Shown here piece after piece: positions 26,999 through 36,257 of a DNA stretch of 64,000 nt. How positions within the stretch are numbered: position 1 is the stretch's first letter; each line of letters opens with the position of its first letter. The DNA comes from a virus. The stretch spans positions 1 to 64,000 of IMG/VR virus record IMGVR_UViG_3300027985_001623, one strand, 5' to 3'. The translations under genes and the position numbers were made by a program. The notes under the pieces were generated by a model, which was given only the letters and a program-made list of their open reading frames with translations, had not been told where the DNA came from and ran no database searches.

Positions 26999-28314
26999 CA
27001 GGGGCCTAACTCTTTTGTTAAATACGTGATCCGACCTCGTCCGAAATCCGTCGGTAGCGGTCCGACGGAGAACCGGGATCTCCCGAGACGGTTTTTTGCG
27101 ACAAAATAAGTGAGCTCATTTGTGTCCTCATCGAAGGTCATTGTGACAACGAGATCTGCGATACGCACTTTGTGCATCGAATCAGCAACATTGTGCATAT
27201 CAATGCGCTTCTTCGTTTCCTTCGTAGCGCGGTTCGCTTGCGAGGCAGTCCAAACCCACATGTCACGCTTCACCGCGATATCCCGGCGCAACGCCTCGTA
27301 AACGTAGCGCATCGCTAGATATTCGTTATCTGCGCGAATACCCGGGTGGTAAAGCTTGTCAGCGTAATCGACGTAAAGAGTGTGCATCTTTAAGCCGATG
27401 CGCTGCTCGACCATGTCAATCCACTCAATAATCTCCGCTACCGTCGTGACATGCGGCGCAAATTCAGCGATCTCACAAAAACCGAGCTGATGCTGGATCA
27501 GCGCCAATCGTCGATCGGCCTCAGCCCGCAACGTTGGGTTCTCTAGAATTGCACTAATCTCAATCCCGGTCAGACACGCGACGAGCCGCGCAAACTGCCA
27601 GTGTTGCGGCAGCTCTAAAGTGACGAATCCCGTGACCATCCCGCATTTAATGCTCTCTGCGGCGCCGTGGATGAGCGTCATTGACTTACCACCACCTGGC
27701 GCGCCCACACCCACCCCCAGGCCGCCGCAGGTCATCCCGCCATCGAGGCCAACGTCCAGTTCGAAAATCCCCGTGGGGAGCCGAGCGACCTTGAGCGCAT
27801 TTTCAATCTCTTTGAAGCCCGCTCTGCCAAGTTGCAGCCCGCCTATCTGGCCTTGCGAACCCAAGTGCGCAGCGACGTCAAGCAGCGCACGAGAAACCGC
27901 CATGTCCCCACCGCGTGCGAAATCGCTATGCGCTGCGAGAATGGCTTGTTCGCGAATTCGAGTTTTTACAACAGGGAAAAGCTCAGTAAGCACCCCGTCA
28001 AGATCGGGTGGCGGCCAATGTGTGACATCATCGATCAAATCGTAAACTGCGTCAAACGTGTCTTGATGTAGCTTACCCTCAACAACTTTAGATTGGAGTC
28101 GCTGGATCACCAGCATCGTATCGTTAGGAGGGAGTCCCCCTTTCGACATGGCCCGAACGCACTCGATAATCGGACGTGCAAGCGGGTTCGAAAACCGGTC
28201 CGATTCGAGGTGGTGGCCGATTTGCTGCCAAAACTTTCGGCTGCTCGCGCAATACCATAGGACAATCTGCTCAAAGTCGGGGTGGAGTCCGTACGTGTCG
28301 CTCATAGGGTCCAA
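26995..28314 (-). CDS. DnaB/gp41-like replicative helicase
   Basis: GAPGGGKS, VTLE, VDYAD, TASQANR, AKNR. Confidence 0.9.
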   Translation of the reverse strand: MDPMSDTYGLHPDFEQIVLWYCASSRKFWQQIGHHLESDRFSNPLARPIIECVRAMSKGGLPPNDTMLVIQRLQSKVVEGKLHQDTFDAVYDLIDDVTHWPPPDLDGVLTELFPVVKTRIREQAILAAHSDFARGGDMAVSRALLDVAAHLGSQGQIGGLQLGRAGFKEIENALKVARLPTGIFELDVGLDGGMTCGGLGVGVGAPGGGKSMTLIHGAAESIKCGMVTGFVTLELPQHWQFARLVACLTGIEISAILENPTLRAEADRRLALIQHQLGFCEIAEFAPHVTTVAEIIEWIDMVEQRIGLKMHTLYVDYADKLYHPGIRADNEYLAMRYVYEALRRDIAVKRDMWVWTASQANRATKETKKRIDMHNVADSMHKVRIADLVVTMTFDEDTNELTYFVAKNRLGRSRFSVGPLPTDFGRGRITYLTKELGPW

Positions 28315-28997
28315 AGAACGTGGCCGGACGCGGCCCTAAACTCAAGATCCCGAGTTAGGGCGCGGGCTGCTGCTTTAACGGCATCTTCGCGCCGCTCGAA
28401 CGAGTCGCGAGGAAAGTGTCTGTTGACGACTTCCCTTACCTTTAGTGCAGTAGCTGGGTTTTCAAGCAACAAATCCGACCACATCGCCGACCAGTCCTCG
28501 AACAGCGCGCGAAAAACTTTGGGCGGCTTAATAGGAATCGGCTTGAAGTTGTCGACCGTCGAGTAAAACCACGGCCGCTGCGTTTCGAGGCGCGTGTAAG
28601 AGAAGACCCAACGCCCCGCCGGCGGCTTTTCTTTGGTGACCGTTTCGGCGAAAGCCGTGAACGAGAAGGCGATCCACAACGCCGGGCAGATGTTCAACGC
28701 GGCGATCGCCGCGGCGAAGCCATCTAGTAGCGCGAAGTTGGCGGATTTTCCGCGATCACGCAAAAAGAATCCACTTTCCTGGTGACAAAGCAGCTTCATC
28801 GCCGACCGAAAGCCCGTGGCCAGAAATTCACGCTGCGCCGCAGTAGGCAACGTGTCCGGCATCAGGGGCGGAGTGGGCATAAGTGGGTAGGTGAATTTCG
28901 GTTGCAGCGGAATGAACCCACCCCCTAAAGCGGTGATTCGAGCCCGATCCGCCGGCCCGCGCCCCGATCCGGCAATAACGCACGTGTTGGTTGTCAT
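28302..28997 (-). CDS. hypothetical protein (possible replication accessory)
   Basis: Position between the two helicases. Confidence 0.55.
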   Translation of the reverse strand: MTTNTCVIAGSGRGPADRARITALGGGFIPLQPKFTYPLMPTPPLMPDTLPTAAQREFLATGFRSAMKLLCHQESGFFLRDRGKSANFALLDGFAAAIAALNICPALWIAFSFTAFAETVTKEKPPAGRWVFSYTRLETQRPWFYSTVDNFKPIPIKPPKVFRALFEDWSAMWSDLLLENPATALKVREVVNRHFPRDSFERREDAVKAAARALTRDLEFRAASGHVLWTL

Positions 28998-29008
28998 CTT
29001 TTTCGTCC

Positions 29009-30445
29009 CTACGACCAGTTGTCTAAAACGACGTGGCCCTCACGCTCGTACGCGTCTCGCCGAGCGAGAGCCTGCTTCTCAATCCAAAACTGCCCTTGAT
29101 CCTGAACATCCCAAATCTCAAAAACTTCTTTACCCGGAGCACGCCGGATAATGCGTCCAAGTCGTTGCAGTGTCGCAACGACTGACGCCTGCCCGGTCGC
29201 GATGACACCGCTGGCCAGTTGCGGCACGTCGACGCCTTCTTGAAAAATGACCGTGCAAATCACCACATCCAATTCGCCGGCGACGAGTCGGTCCAGCACC
29301 GCGCGGCGAGCAGACGTGTCGCCTTCCTCACCATGGACGAACTGTACGCGAAGCCCACTCGCTTCGACATGTCGAAGCAGCGTTTGCCCGTGCGCAATAT
29401 TTATTACGAACGCAAGGCAAGGCTTTCTCGCGACTTCAATCATCGTCACAATCAACCCATTGCGGAGATCTGAGTTTACCACACACGCGTCGTAAACCTC
29501 AGGCCACGTGGCGTCGCACTGCATCCACTGATAGCAAGGGATCATCCGAATAATGGAATGCGCCAGCACACCGCGCTCGACAAGTTCGGGCGTGGTGATT
29601 TCCGTTAAAATAGGCCCAAGCGCCCCAATTGTCTGAAGCGTATCTTTATCTTTGCGATCAAGCGGCGTACCACTCGCACCAATTCGATAGTAAGCCCCTT
29701 CGAAGCTTTGACAGATATCGTAGTTCAATGCGCCGCTCAGCGACTGCACCTCATCAACGAAAATCGCCTCAACTTCCCGGAGCAAATGCGTGACGTCGCG
29801 AGCACCTTTACGACCTGACGCTTTGCCTCGGCGCTGCTGCCGAAGAGCAGACGCAACTGACTGAAACGACGTGATGGTAACGTTACACGTCCCTTTTCGC
29901 CACACGCCCTTTTCAAAGGTACCTGCGCGCTCTCCTGTGCGAGCTAAATAGCGCTCGATTGTCTGCGTTGCGACGTCAATGCGGTGAACTAAGAACAGCC
30001 ACTCACAATCAACGACGCGAGTCAGTGCAATAAAAATTTCAGTTTTACCAGCGCCAGTGGCTGCCTTTATCAAACCTCGCCCGCCTCGAAAAATGAGAGC
30101 ACGCACCGCAGCAGCCTGGTAATCGCGAAGCCAATGGACGTTTTCTGGACTTAAATCAGGGGCCGCAACCCGATTGCGAACATCAACAACTGTGACCACA
30201 ATACCCACGGTCTTGGCTACCTTTGGGAGCATGACCGCTAACCCAGCCGGGAACGACTTATTCCAAGGATTAAACGCACAAAACGATTGAGTGTCCTCGA
30301 CCGTCACATCCAAGATACTGGCTGTCTTCTTACGACCGCCCTGATAGGTCTCGTGCTCCACCGTTAAATACGCAATGAGCCATGCTAACTCGTCTTCCGT
30401 AGCAGAAACCACGAACGCGGTGACATTAGTCAACTCCAGCTCCAT
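29009..30445 (-). CDS. superfamily 2 helicase (UvsW-like)
   Basis: LRDYQ, ATGAGKT, DEVQ, SGTP, EGVDVP, QRLGRIIR. Confidence 0.92.
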   Translation of the reverse strand: MELELTNVTAFVVSATEDELAWLIAYLTVEHETYQGGRKKTASILDVTVEDTQSFCAFNPWNKSFPAGLAVMLPKVAKTVGIVVTVVDVRNRVAAPDLSPENVHWLRDYQAAAVRALIFRGGRGLIKAATGAGKTEIFIALTRVVDCEWLFLVHRIDVATQTIERYLARTGERAGTFEKGVWRKGTCNVTITSFQSVASALRQQRRGKASGRKGARDVTHLLREVEAIFVDEVQSLSGALNYDICQSFEGAYYRIGASGTPLDRKDKDTLQTIGALGPILTEITTPELVERGVLAHSIIRMIPCYQWMQCDATWPEVYDACVVNSDLRNGLIVTMIEVARKPCLAFVINIAHGQTLLRHVEASGLRVQFVHGEEGDTSARRAVLDRLVAGELDVVICTVIFQEGVDVPQLASGVIATGQASVVATLQRLGRIIRRAPGKEVFEIWDVQDQGQFWIEKQALARRDAYEREGHVVLDNWS

Positions 30446-30448
30446 GAA

Positions 30449-30790
30449 CTATTCTCGGAGTTTCTTAATGTTCGTGAGCAGCTCCGCGACATCACTCCAG
30501 TCATCGAGATTGTACATCTCAACAGCCTGCGTCCCAACGTATGCTTTGACCGAGTCGATCGAGATGTACGCGATGTTGCAAACAAAGACGTAATCAACCA
30601 GGTCATTTTTGACAAGACGCGCCCACGTTGACCGGTGCACACTAGTTTTTGCCGCGCACATCCGGATACTCGCTCGGCCTTCTTGAAGCATTTGCACTTC
30701 TGCCGGGCGAAGTTTTACGGGGAGTCCTGGCTTGCGTCCGCGTAGCGCGGGCGGTGATTCTACTGCGGAAGTTTTTGCTTTTGTTACCAT
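30449..30790 (-). CDS. HTH DNA-binding protein
   Basis: SIRMCAAKTSVHRSTWARLV excisionase-like HTH. Confidence 0.55.
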   Translation of the reverse strand: MVTKAKTSAVESPPALRGRKPGLPVKLRPAEVQMLQEGRASIRMCAAKTSVHRSTWARLVKNDLVDYVFVCNIAYISIDSVKAYVGTQAVEMYNLDDWSDVAELLTNIKKLRE

Positions 30791-31398
30791 TGTGCTCCTT
30801 GTGCCAAACCGCGAATTTGCTCCAAAATGCGCACGGCTTGTTTATCACCACGAATTTTAATCCTGGCGTAACGAATCGGTGCCTGTAAGTCCTTTGCCGT
30901 TAGCCCGTGTTGTCGCGCGACGTGGGCGAGTTTGCCCCCACCCACTAAAGCGGAAATCACCGCGCTAGTTCGCTCGGGGGCCCGACGACGTTGTCTTTCA
31001 AGAAGCTCGCCAATACGACGAGCTAAGGCGTGTCGCAATTGGCTAAACACCGCACGCCTTTCCACGTCAATCAACACCTGCTCCAAATCCTCAGTCGCCA
31101 CGTTCTCCGGTAGAGGCACACGCTGCGGCACGCAAGCCTGCTTTTCAAGACGACTCGAAGCAGAGAACGCAGAAGACTGCCCCCAGCACCAGCGACTGAG
31201 CGACCGAGATAGGACTCGATACAAATACGCGCCGCACGTTGCCTCATCGACGTCATCGAGTTTCAACGTAAGTGCGCATAACCACGCTTGCTGAGTAGCG
31301 TCGTTCGTGTCGAGCCACCAACATCGGCGTGCATAGAACGCGACAACTTGTGGAATCAACTCCTCTGCGAGCTGCAAGTAAGCTGGTGACATCTTCAT
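30784..31398 (-). CDS. sigma-70-like factor (regions 2 and 4)
   Basis: DATQQAWL region-2-like motif; C-terminal HTH LAHVARQHGLT. Confidence 0.6.
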   Translation of the reverse strand: MKMSPAYLQLAEELIPQVVAFYARRCWWLDTNDATQQAWLCALTLKLDDVDEATCGAYLYRVLSRSLSRWCWGQSSAFSASSRLEKQACVPQRVPLPENVATEDLEQVLIDVERRAVFSQLRHALARRIGELLERQRRRAPERTSAVISALVGGGKLAHVARQHGLTAKDLQAPIRYARIKIRGDKQAVRILEQIRGLAQGAQW

Positions 31399-32255
31399 CG
31401 CTTCACGAGTTGCATCGCCGTTACGGCGCCTAAAAGGGTTTGCGATCGAGATGTGAGCTCAGGCAAAGCGACGCCGAGGAGTTCTGCGTACCGGGCGATT
31501 TTCTTTTGTAGCGCTTCCATGTGGCGGACGTTCGCGTTGACTCCCTTTGTCGAGAACTCGTCTCGCTCCATGAGCCAACTCTCCAAAGCGTCCATCTCCA
31601 TTGAAGCTTCACGAGTAATGGCCGCCAAGATAGCCTCAACAGCGTCATCGCTGCGCATCGCAGGAATTGAGCTGCACCGATGTGCGCTCACCATGTGCAA
31701 TGCACTAACGATAGTGCGCCACATTTGAAGCGGCTCCCCTGCTGGAATAAAGTAGAACCCTCCACGCTCGCGCAAAGCAACGGCATCGACATGTTTGCTC
31801 ACCATGTCGAGCAACCAAGTTGACACATCTACAGATATTAGTGACTGACGATAGTGCTCGACAGCCTCACCAATTTGTTGAGCTAACGGCATGTCGGCCG
31901 TGGTGAGAGGAGTCACTGTAATTTGCTTATTGTCCCCCTCACCGACCACACGAACCCGCACGTTGGAAGTCCATGAAAGCTTGTTGTCGTCACCGAGCGT
32001 TTCGGTGACAAACTCGTAGTCGCCGCGCCCTGTCGCGGACCGAACCATGTGCCGCTTGCTTGTGATCGGATCTTTTGCCGCCCGGTGAGCGACGGTCTCA
32101 AGGCGCGGGAGGCTCGGCGCCCACTTCTCCGGCAAGCCATGATTGACCACGGAGTCCACCAGTTTCGCGTGATCGACCTGGCCAGTCAGTGACCACCACA
32201 CTATGGCGCCGGCTTCGGCGGAATCTTCTTCGATTGCAATGATTGGCACGTTCAT
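31395..32255 (-). CDS. DUF3150/DUF6744-like protein
   Basis: GAIVWWSL...GLP...P...AHRA...GGFYFIP pattern. Confidence 0.6.
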   Translation of the reverse strand: MNVPIIAIEEDSAEAGAIVWWSLTGQVDHAKLVDSVVNHGLPEKWAPSLPRLETVAHRAAKDPITSKRHMVRSATGRGDYEFVTETLGDDNKLSWTSNVRVRVVGEGDNKQITVTPLTTADMPLAQQIGEAVEHYRQSLISVDVSTWLLDMVSKHVDAVALRERGGFYFIPAGEPLQMWRTIVSALHMVSAHRCSSIPAMRSDDAVEAILAAITREASMEMDALESWLMERDEFSTKGVNANVRHMEALQKKIARYAELLGVALPELTSRSQTLLGAVTAMQLVKR

Positions 32256-32280
32256 CTTGAACCCTTCCGGGGGCGCTTAG

Positions 32281-32309
32281 AATATACCAAATCAGCTTTA
32301 TTGGTGCAA
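32281..32309 (-). promoter_or_regulatory. strong sigma70-type promoter
   Basis: TTGCAC-N17-TATATT with TG extension; 9-bp tandem repeat gcttagtgc upstream. Confidence 0.65.
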
Positions 32310-32350
32310 CTTATTTTACACGCGCAATACGCTTAGTGCGCTTAGTGCGC

Positions 32351-32974
32351 TCAGTCGCCTTCAACGAGGCTCTTTTTCGAACCTTTTTTCTTGCCTCGTG
32401 GCTTCTTCGTAAGGACCAAATCGGGGTCATTTGTGACGCGCTCGCATTTCGCCATAACAGCCGCGACAGTCTTTGCGCCTCGGTTACTCTCAACTTCCCA
32501 GGCCAGCCGAGCAAGCCCATAGGCGTCGCAAACATCGTTATTCGGAGCCTCAAATCCCCACCGCTTAAATGTGTGGAGCAACATGTTCTCTTTTTTAGCC
32601 GAGCCGGAACCGGTCACAAAACTTTTTAGGGTCGTCGGCGGGACGATAAGTGGATCCAGTCCCTCTTTGTAAAGAAGCCATTTCAAGTGGCCGCCAAGCT
32701 CCCCCATCTTTTCACGATTGTTCATCGATGAGAACGCGTACCCCTCCATCGCAATCGAGGTGGGCTGTTCTCGGCGAATAAATTCAAGCGCATCATTGCC
32801 AAGACAATCAAGGCGCTCGTAAAGTGACACCCCTTCGTTCGGTGCAGACGTGCTCCGCGTTGTCCGAGTTTCTTCTTCGAACGTCTCGCCGTTGATCCAA
32901 TACGTGACCAACGCGAGACCAGTCCAACTTGCATCGATTCCGAGTGCTTTTTTCAACACACCAAATCGTAACAC
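32351..32974 (-). CDS. ruvC: RuvC-like Holliday junction resolvase
   Basis: LGIDAS, AMEG, PTTLKSFVTG.G.A.K, DVCDA. Confidence 0.9.
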   Translation of the reverse strand: MLRFGVLKKALGIDASWTGLALVTYWINGETFEEETRTTRSTSAPNEGVSLYERLDCLGNDALEFIRREQPTSIAMEGYAFSSMNNREKMGELGGHLKWLLYKEGLDPLIVPPTTLKSFVTGSGSAKKENMLLHTFKRWGFEAPNNDVCDAYGLARLAWEVESNRGAKTVAAVMAKCERVTNDPDLVLTKKPRGKKKGSKKSLVEGD

Positions 32975-32975
32975 G

Positions 32976-33374
32976 TTAGGGAGCGATCGTCACGTTAGGC
33001 GTAAGGCGAACAGTGCCTGGCGCCACGATCTGATACTTGCGAGACCCGACAGTCAGCCAAACGTCAAAAACCAAGCGTCCCGCACAAAATCTCTGCGTAT
33101 CGCTGGAGTCGATTACAAACGTCGCTTTCCCACTCGAAAAAGTACCAATCTTGCGCAACATCGCCATGGGTGTCGGGCCGGGTGCGGCAATGGTCAACGT
33201 TGGTGCGGACCCTGTCGTTACCGCTTGTGCCGTTGGGTAGACCACGCAAACTTCGATCGTGGTGTCGCTAAGTCGTGGGAACTGAATCTCACGTGCAGTG
33301 TGCGGGTCGACCAGCGGTGAAAACTTGGCCCCATTCGCGACGACACCTTGCAGCCGGATGAACTGGGACGACAT
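32976..33374 (-). CDS. hypothetical beta-sandwich (possibly virion) protein
   Basis: GKATFVI...DT...FDVWL...GTVRL pattern resembling BppU-type adaptors. Confidence 0.45.
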   Translation of the reverse strand: MSSQFIRLQGVVANGAKFSPLVDPHTAREIQFPRLSDTTIEVCVVYPTAQAVTTGSAPTLTIAAPGPTPMAMLRKIGTFSSGKATFVIDSSDTQRFCAGRLVFDVWLTVGSRKYQIVAPGTVRLTPNVTIAP

Positions 33375-33378
33375 AGAG

Positions 33379-34161
33379 TCAGCCTAGCACGACTCCACGC
33401 AGCTTCGTGCGACTGAGCGGATGGGACTTTGAAACGACCTGCGCGGCCGTGAACTCAGGTGGAATGGTGCGTGCGTTTTCGAGCCAAACTCGGTACCCCC
33501 CGGCTGGCCGAACCTCGCGAAGCGTGTTGTACCCGTGCGGGCCGATCGACCCAGGGGTGGTGAGCTCTCCGGCCCAATCATAGCGCCCGCCGTTTCGCCA
33601 GTAGATAGCCTGCAACTCTGGATCGGCACCCAAATCTTCGCGAAAATACGAGGGGCGCACGAAGTTGGCCATCCTCCAAGTTGTCGTTCCGACCTCAACT
33701 GCATAGTGCGTCTGGACTGGGTCAGCGATCTCAACCGCAATTTCGACCCCCGCACGACTCAAAAGCGGATGGGGTTTCCAGTAATCCAAAAGCGGATCCA
33801 CAATGGCCTCCACGAGTTCGTGGGATGCTAGCTCTGCTACGGAACTCGTCCCTGAATTGAACCCCGTGGCCTTTCCAACGAACACGCGTGCGGCGGGTTT
33901 GCCTTTAAGTGGGTCGAAATAGTGGTACGCCGAGCCGGAATCCTTGATGCCGTGTCCGTCCACGAAAAAGATTGGCATCGCTCCCGGCGGAACCTTCGAC
34001 GTGCGCGCGACAACGTCAACCGCGGGTGCAGGCAGCCCCCAAGATAGCGCGCAGTGCTGTCCGCTGATCTCCAGCGCTTTCGCGAGGAGATAAAGATCAG
34101 AATCCCGCACAAGCGACGTGCGCGAGACCAACACCACTTGGAGAGGATCACCGCTCAACAC
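33379..34161 (-). CDS. putative zincin-like metallopeptidase
   Basis: AYH...SHELVEAIVDP...EIADPV...NFVRP; GTG start with GAGG RBS. Confidence 0.6.
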   Translation of the reverse strand: MLSGDPLQVVLVSRTSLVRDSDLYLLAKALEISGQHCALSWGLPAPAVDVVARTSKVPPGAMPIFFVDGHGIKDSGSAYHYFDPLKGKPAARVFVGKATGFNSGTSSVAELASHELVEAIVDPLLDYWKPHPLLSRAGVEIAVEIADPVQTHYAVEVGTTTWRMANFVRPSYFREDLGADPELQAIYWRNGGRYDWAGELTTPGSIGPHGYNTLREVRPAGGYRVWLENARTIPPEFTAAQVVSKSHPLSRTKLRGVVLG

Positions 34162-34711
34162 GTGTGCCAACCTCGTCCAAAAAGGCTGTCGCTCGCTGCA
34201 CTCCCTCAACGCGCTCGGGGGAAGCTGCGGCTCCTGGGGCCATCCAATCGGAACGTAGGCGCTCCACGGCGCACACCACCGTGGTAGTGCCGTGGACCCG
34301 TGCGAGGTTCTCCAACTCGGTACGAACCGCCCCCTTGTTCAGCAACACCTCGCTGACGGATCCGATAATGTCCTCGATGCCTGGACCACATCTGGCCAGC
34401 TCCGGCCAGTTGACCTTCGTCATGCCCGTGTGGCACGCCGAAAAAGTAGCGGCCAACAACAAAACAATACCGTTGAGCGTGGAATTTGACCCGCTGGTCG
34501 GCTTTGCCGGGGAAGTCTTCACCGAAATCGTGGATTGCCCGTTTGGGGCAATCCGCCCAGTTGTGTTGCGGATATCACCAGCCAGCCGAGCGAATGCGGC
34601 GGTCACCCGCCAGTGCTGAGGCAAAGTCGCTGACAACAACGTGAAAAGCACGTAGGCAGCGCCAAGTGCTTGCAGAATCTCAGTCCCGCTCGGGAATGTG
34701 GAGAAGTCCAT
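34148..34711 (-). CDS. membrane protein with N-terminal TM helix and internal lipobox (holin/spanin candidate)
   Basis: ILQALGAAYVLFTLLSATL; IVLLLAATFSAC. Confidence 0.55.
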   Translation of the reverse strand: MDFSTFPSGTEILQALGAAYVLFTLLSATLPQHWRVTAAFARLAGDIRNTTGRIAPNGQSTISVKTSPAKPTSGSNSTLNGIVLLLAATFSACHTGMTKVNWPELARCGPGIEDIIGSVSEVLLNKGAVRTELENLARVHGTTTVVCAVERLRSDWMAPGAAASPERVEGVQRATAFLDEVGTRVER

Positions 34712-34825
34712 ACCCAGAACATTACAACGAATTACAGCGTTTCAAGGGTAAAATAACGCGATGTAGCGAAAATAAAACGGAGACATTACAGTGTCCCTGT
34801 AATGTTTTCCCTGTAGCGAAAATTA

Positions 34826-35077
34826 CTAGCGTGCGCACGATTGCGTCGACTCTTTGTGGATCGTACGCGAGGTCGCGGCCCGGCGCTCGCAACGCCGAAC
34901 TAGGTTGTGGAGCTCCGCCACATGGGACTCTTGGGCCGACGCCTCAGAACGAAGGAGGTTTAAGTTTCGCGAAACTTTGGCGTCTAGCGCCTGCATTCGC
35001 TGCCGACGTTGGCGACAGATCCCAAGAAAAACAAGAACACGGTGGAAGAAAGCGTTAATCGTCATGTTTTTCACCAT
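34826..35077 (-). CDS. small membrane-anchored coiled-coil protein
   Basis: Hydrophobic N-terminus then basic coiled coil; lysis-module position. Confidence 0.4.
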   Translation of the reverse strand: MVKNMTINAFFHRVLVFLGICRQRRQRMQALDAKVSRNLNLLRSEASAQESHVAELHNLVRRCERRAATSRTIHKESTQSCAR

Positions 35078-35309
35078 CTTTGAGCGCGCCGGAGCGTGCT
35101 AAGGCCTGTTCGAGACTTGAAACCGCAACGCTATGGTTGCGCACGACCTCGATTACGCGTGCTGACGCTTCGGTCAGATACGCTTCAAATTTACGTTGCG
35201 TGGTTCGTCGTTCACGTCGTTCGATAAAATAGAGAGCTATGAACACGCTTGACATGGCGTGAGCGCCATAGATTTGTAAAAAGGACGCGAGGCTCTCTAG
35301 GTTTTCCAT
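35055..35309 (-). CDS. holin-like protein
   Basis: One TM helix (IYGAHAMSSVFIALYFI), ERRERR, coiled coil; follows tail fibre genes. Confidence 0.55.
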   Translation of the reverse strand: MENLESLASFLQIYGAHAMSSVFIALYFIERRERRTTQRKFEAYLTEASARVIEVVRNHSVAVSSLEQALARSGALKDGEKHDD

Positions 35310-35408
35310 GTTTACGTCACATTAAAAAGGATCCGTGGATACGTGAGCTCCGCCAAGATCTCAATCGGAACGGGTTCTTGTCGTCGAAGTGTCATCAATC
35401 GCTGCGTT

Positions 35409-36257
35409 TCACGGGAACACCGTGAGTGTCATGATTGAACCGGCCATCAGTGTCGCATCCTGCCCCGACGACGCCGCGGCCCAGATGACCTCCATATTTC
35501 CACCAGATGCGTGGGCTGTGAACATGGCCTCGTAGACAGTGATTCTATCGCTGTTGGATGTCGGGATATTCCCAGAGGTCGCGCATACTGTATTGTTTCT
35601 GTCCTCGTTCGCTAAACTAGTCGTACCTGAGGCGCGACTAGTCACATGAAACGTAGCATCGGCCCAAAGATCGGCCGGAGTGTTCGCGCAGTTTATTCCG
35701 ATGCGGCCGGCCGCATGGCCCCCTGTCAAAACCCGATGAACCGCCCTGATCCTGACTCGATGGCGCTTCCCGGCAGTGAGGGGAATCGCGTCCCAACCAG
35801 TGACCGCAGCTGCCGTTGTGCTCGACCGGTTGAAGTTCGATGCGAGTCGATACGATGTTTCGACCGCACCGGATGCGGCGGCAGGTGTGGTCCAACCGTA
35901 CCCTCCGGCTGGTAGTCGCGTCCAGACTTGGCTGGCCGTCCCACCAACCGCAGGCGAATCCGCAGGAGGGTCAAGCCCATCATGCGCAGCGACAATTGCA
36001 TCGAGAGCCGAGGTCTCTGGCGCCGTCAGCGGCCCACTTCCTTCGAATTCAAACGCCCATGTGCGACCGGTTGGATCGTCAACATCAGGGATGCTCCCTG
36101 TCCCTTTATTGGCGACTCGCACCATCTCGATATTCGTCGTTATCGCCGCGTCCGCCGCGACAGTATCGATGAGCTTACGTGGCTTTATCGTGTTTCCGCC
36201 TTTTCCAACGAATGCTGTCTCTGGGTAGATAACTTGGAACGTCATATTATCCTGCAA
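35409..36257 (-). CDS. tail fibre-associated protein
   Basis: LDAIVAAHDG, GGTASQVW...GYGWTTP linker, C-terminal jelly-roll-like domain. Confidence 0.6.
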   Translation of the reverse strand: MQDNMTFQVIYPETAFVGKGGNTIKPRKLIDTVAADAAITTNIEMVRVANKGTGSIPDVDDPTGRTWAFEFEGSGPLTAPETSALDAIVAAHDGLDPPADSPAVGGTASQVWTRLPAGGYGWTTPAAASGAVETSYRLASNFNRSSTTAAAVTGWDAIPLTAGKRHRVRIRAVHRVLTGGHAAGRIGINCANTPADLWADATFHVTSRASGTTSLANEDRNNTVCATSGNIPTSNSDRITVYEAMFTAHASGGNMEVIWAAASSGQDATLMAGSIMTLTVFP

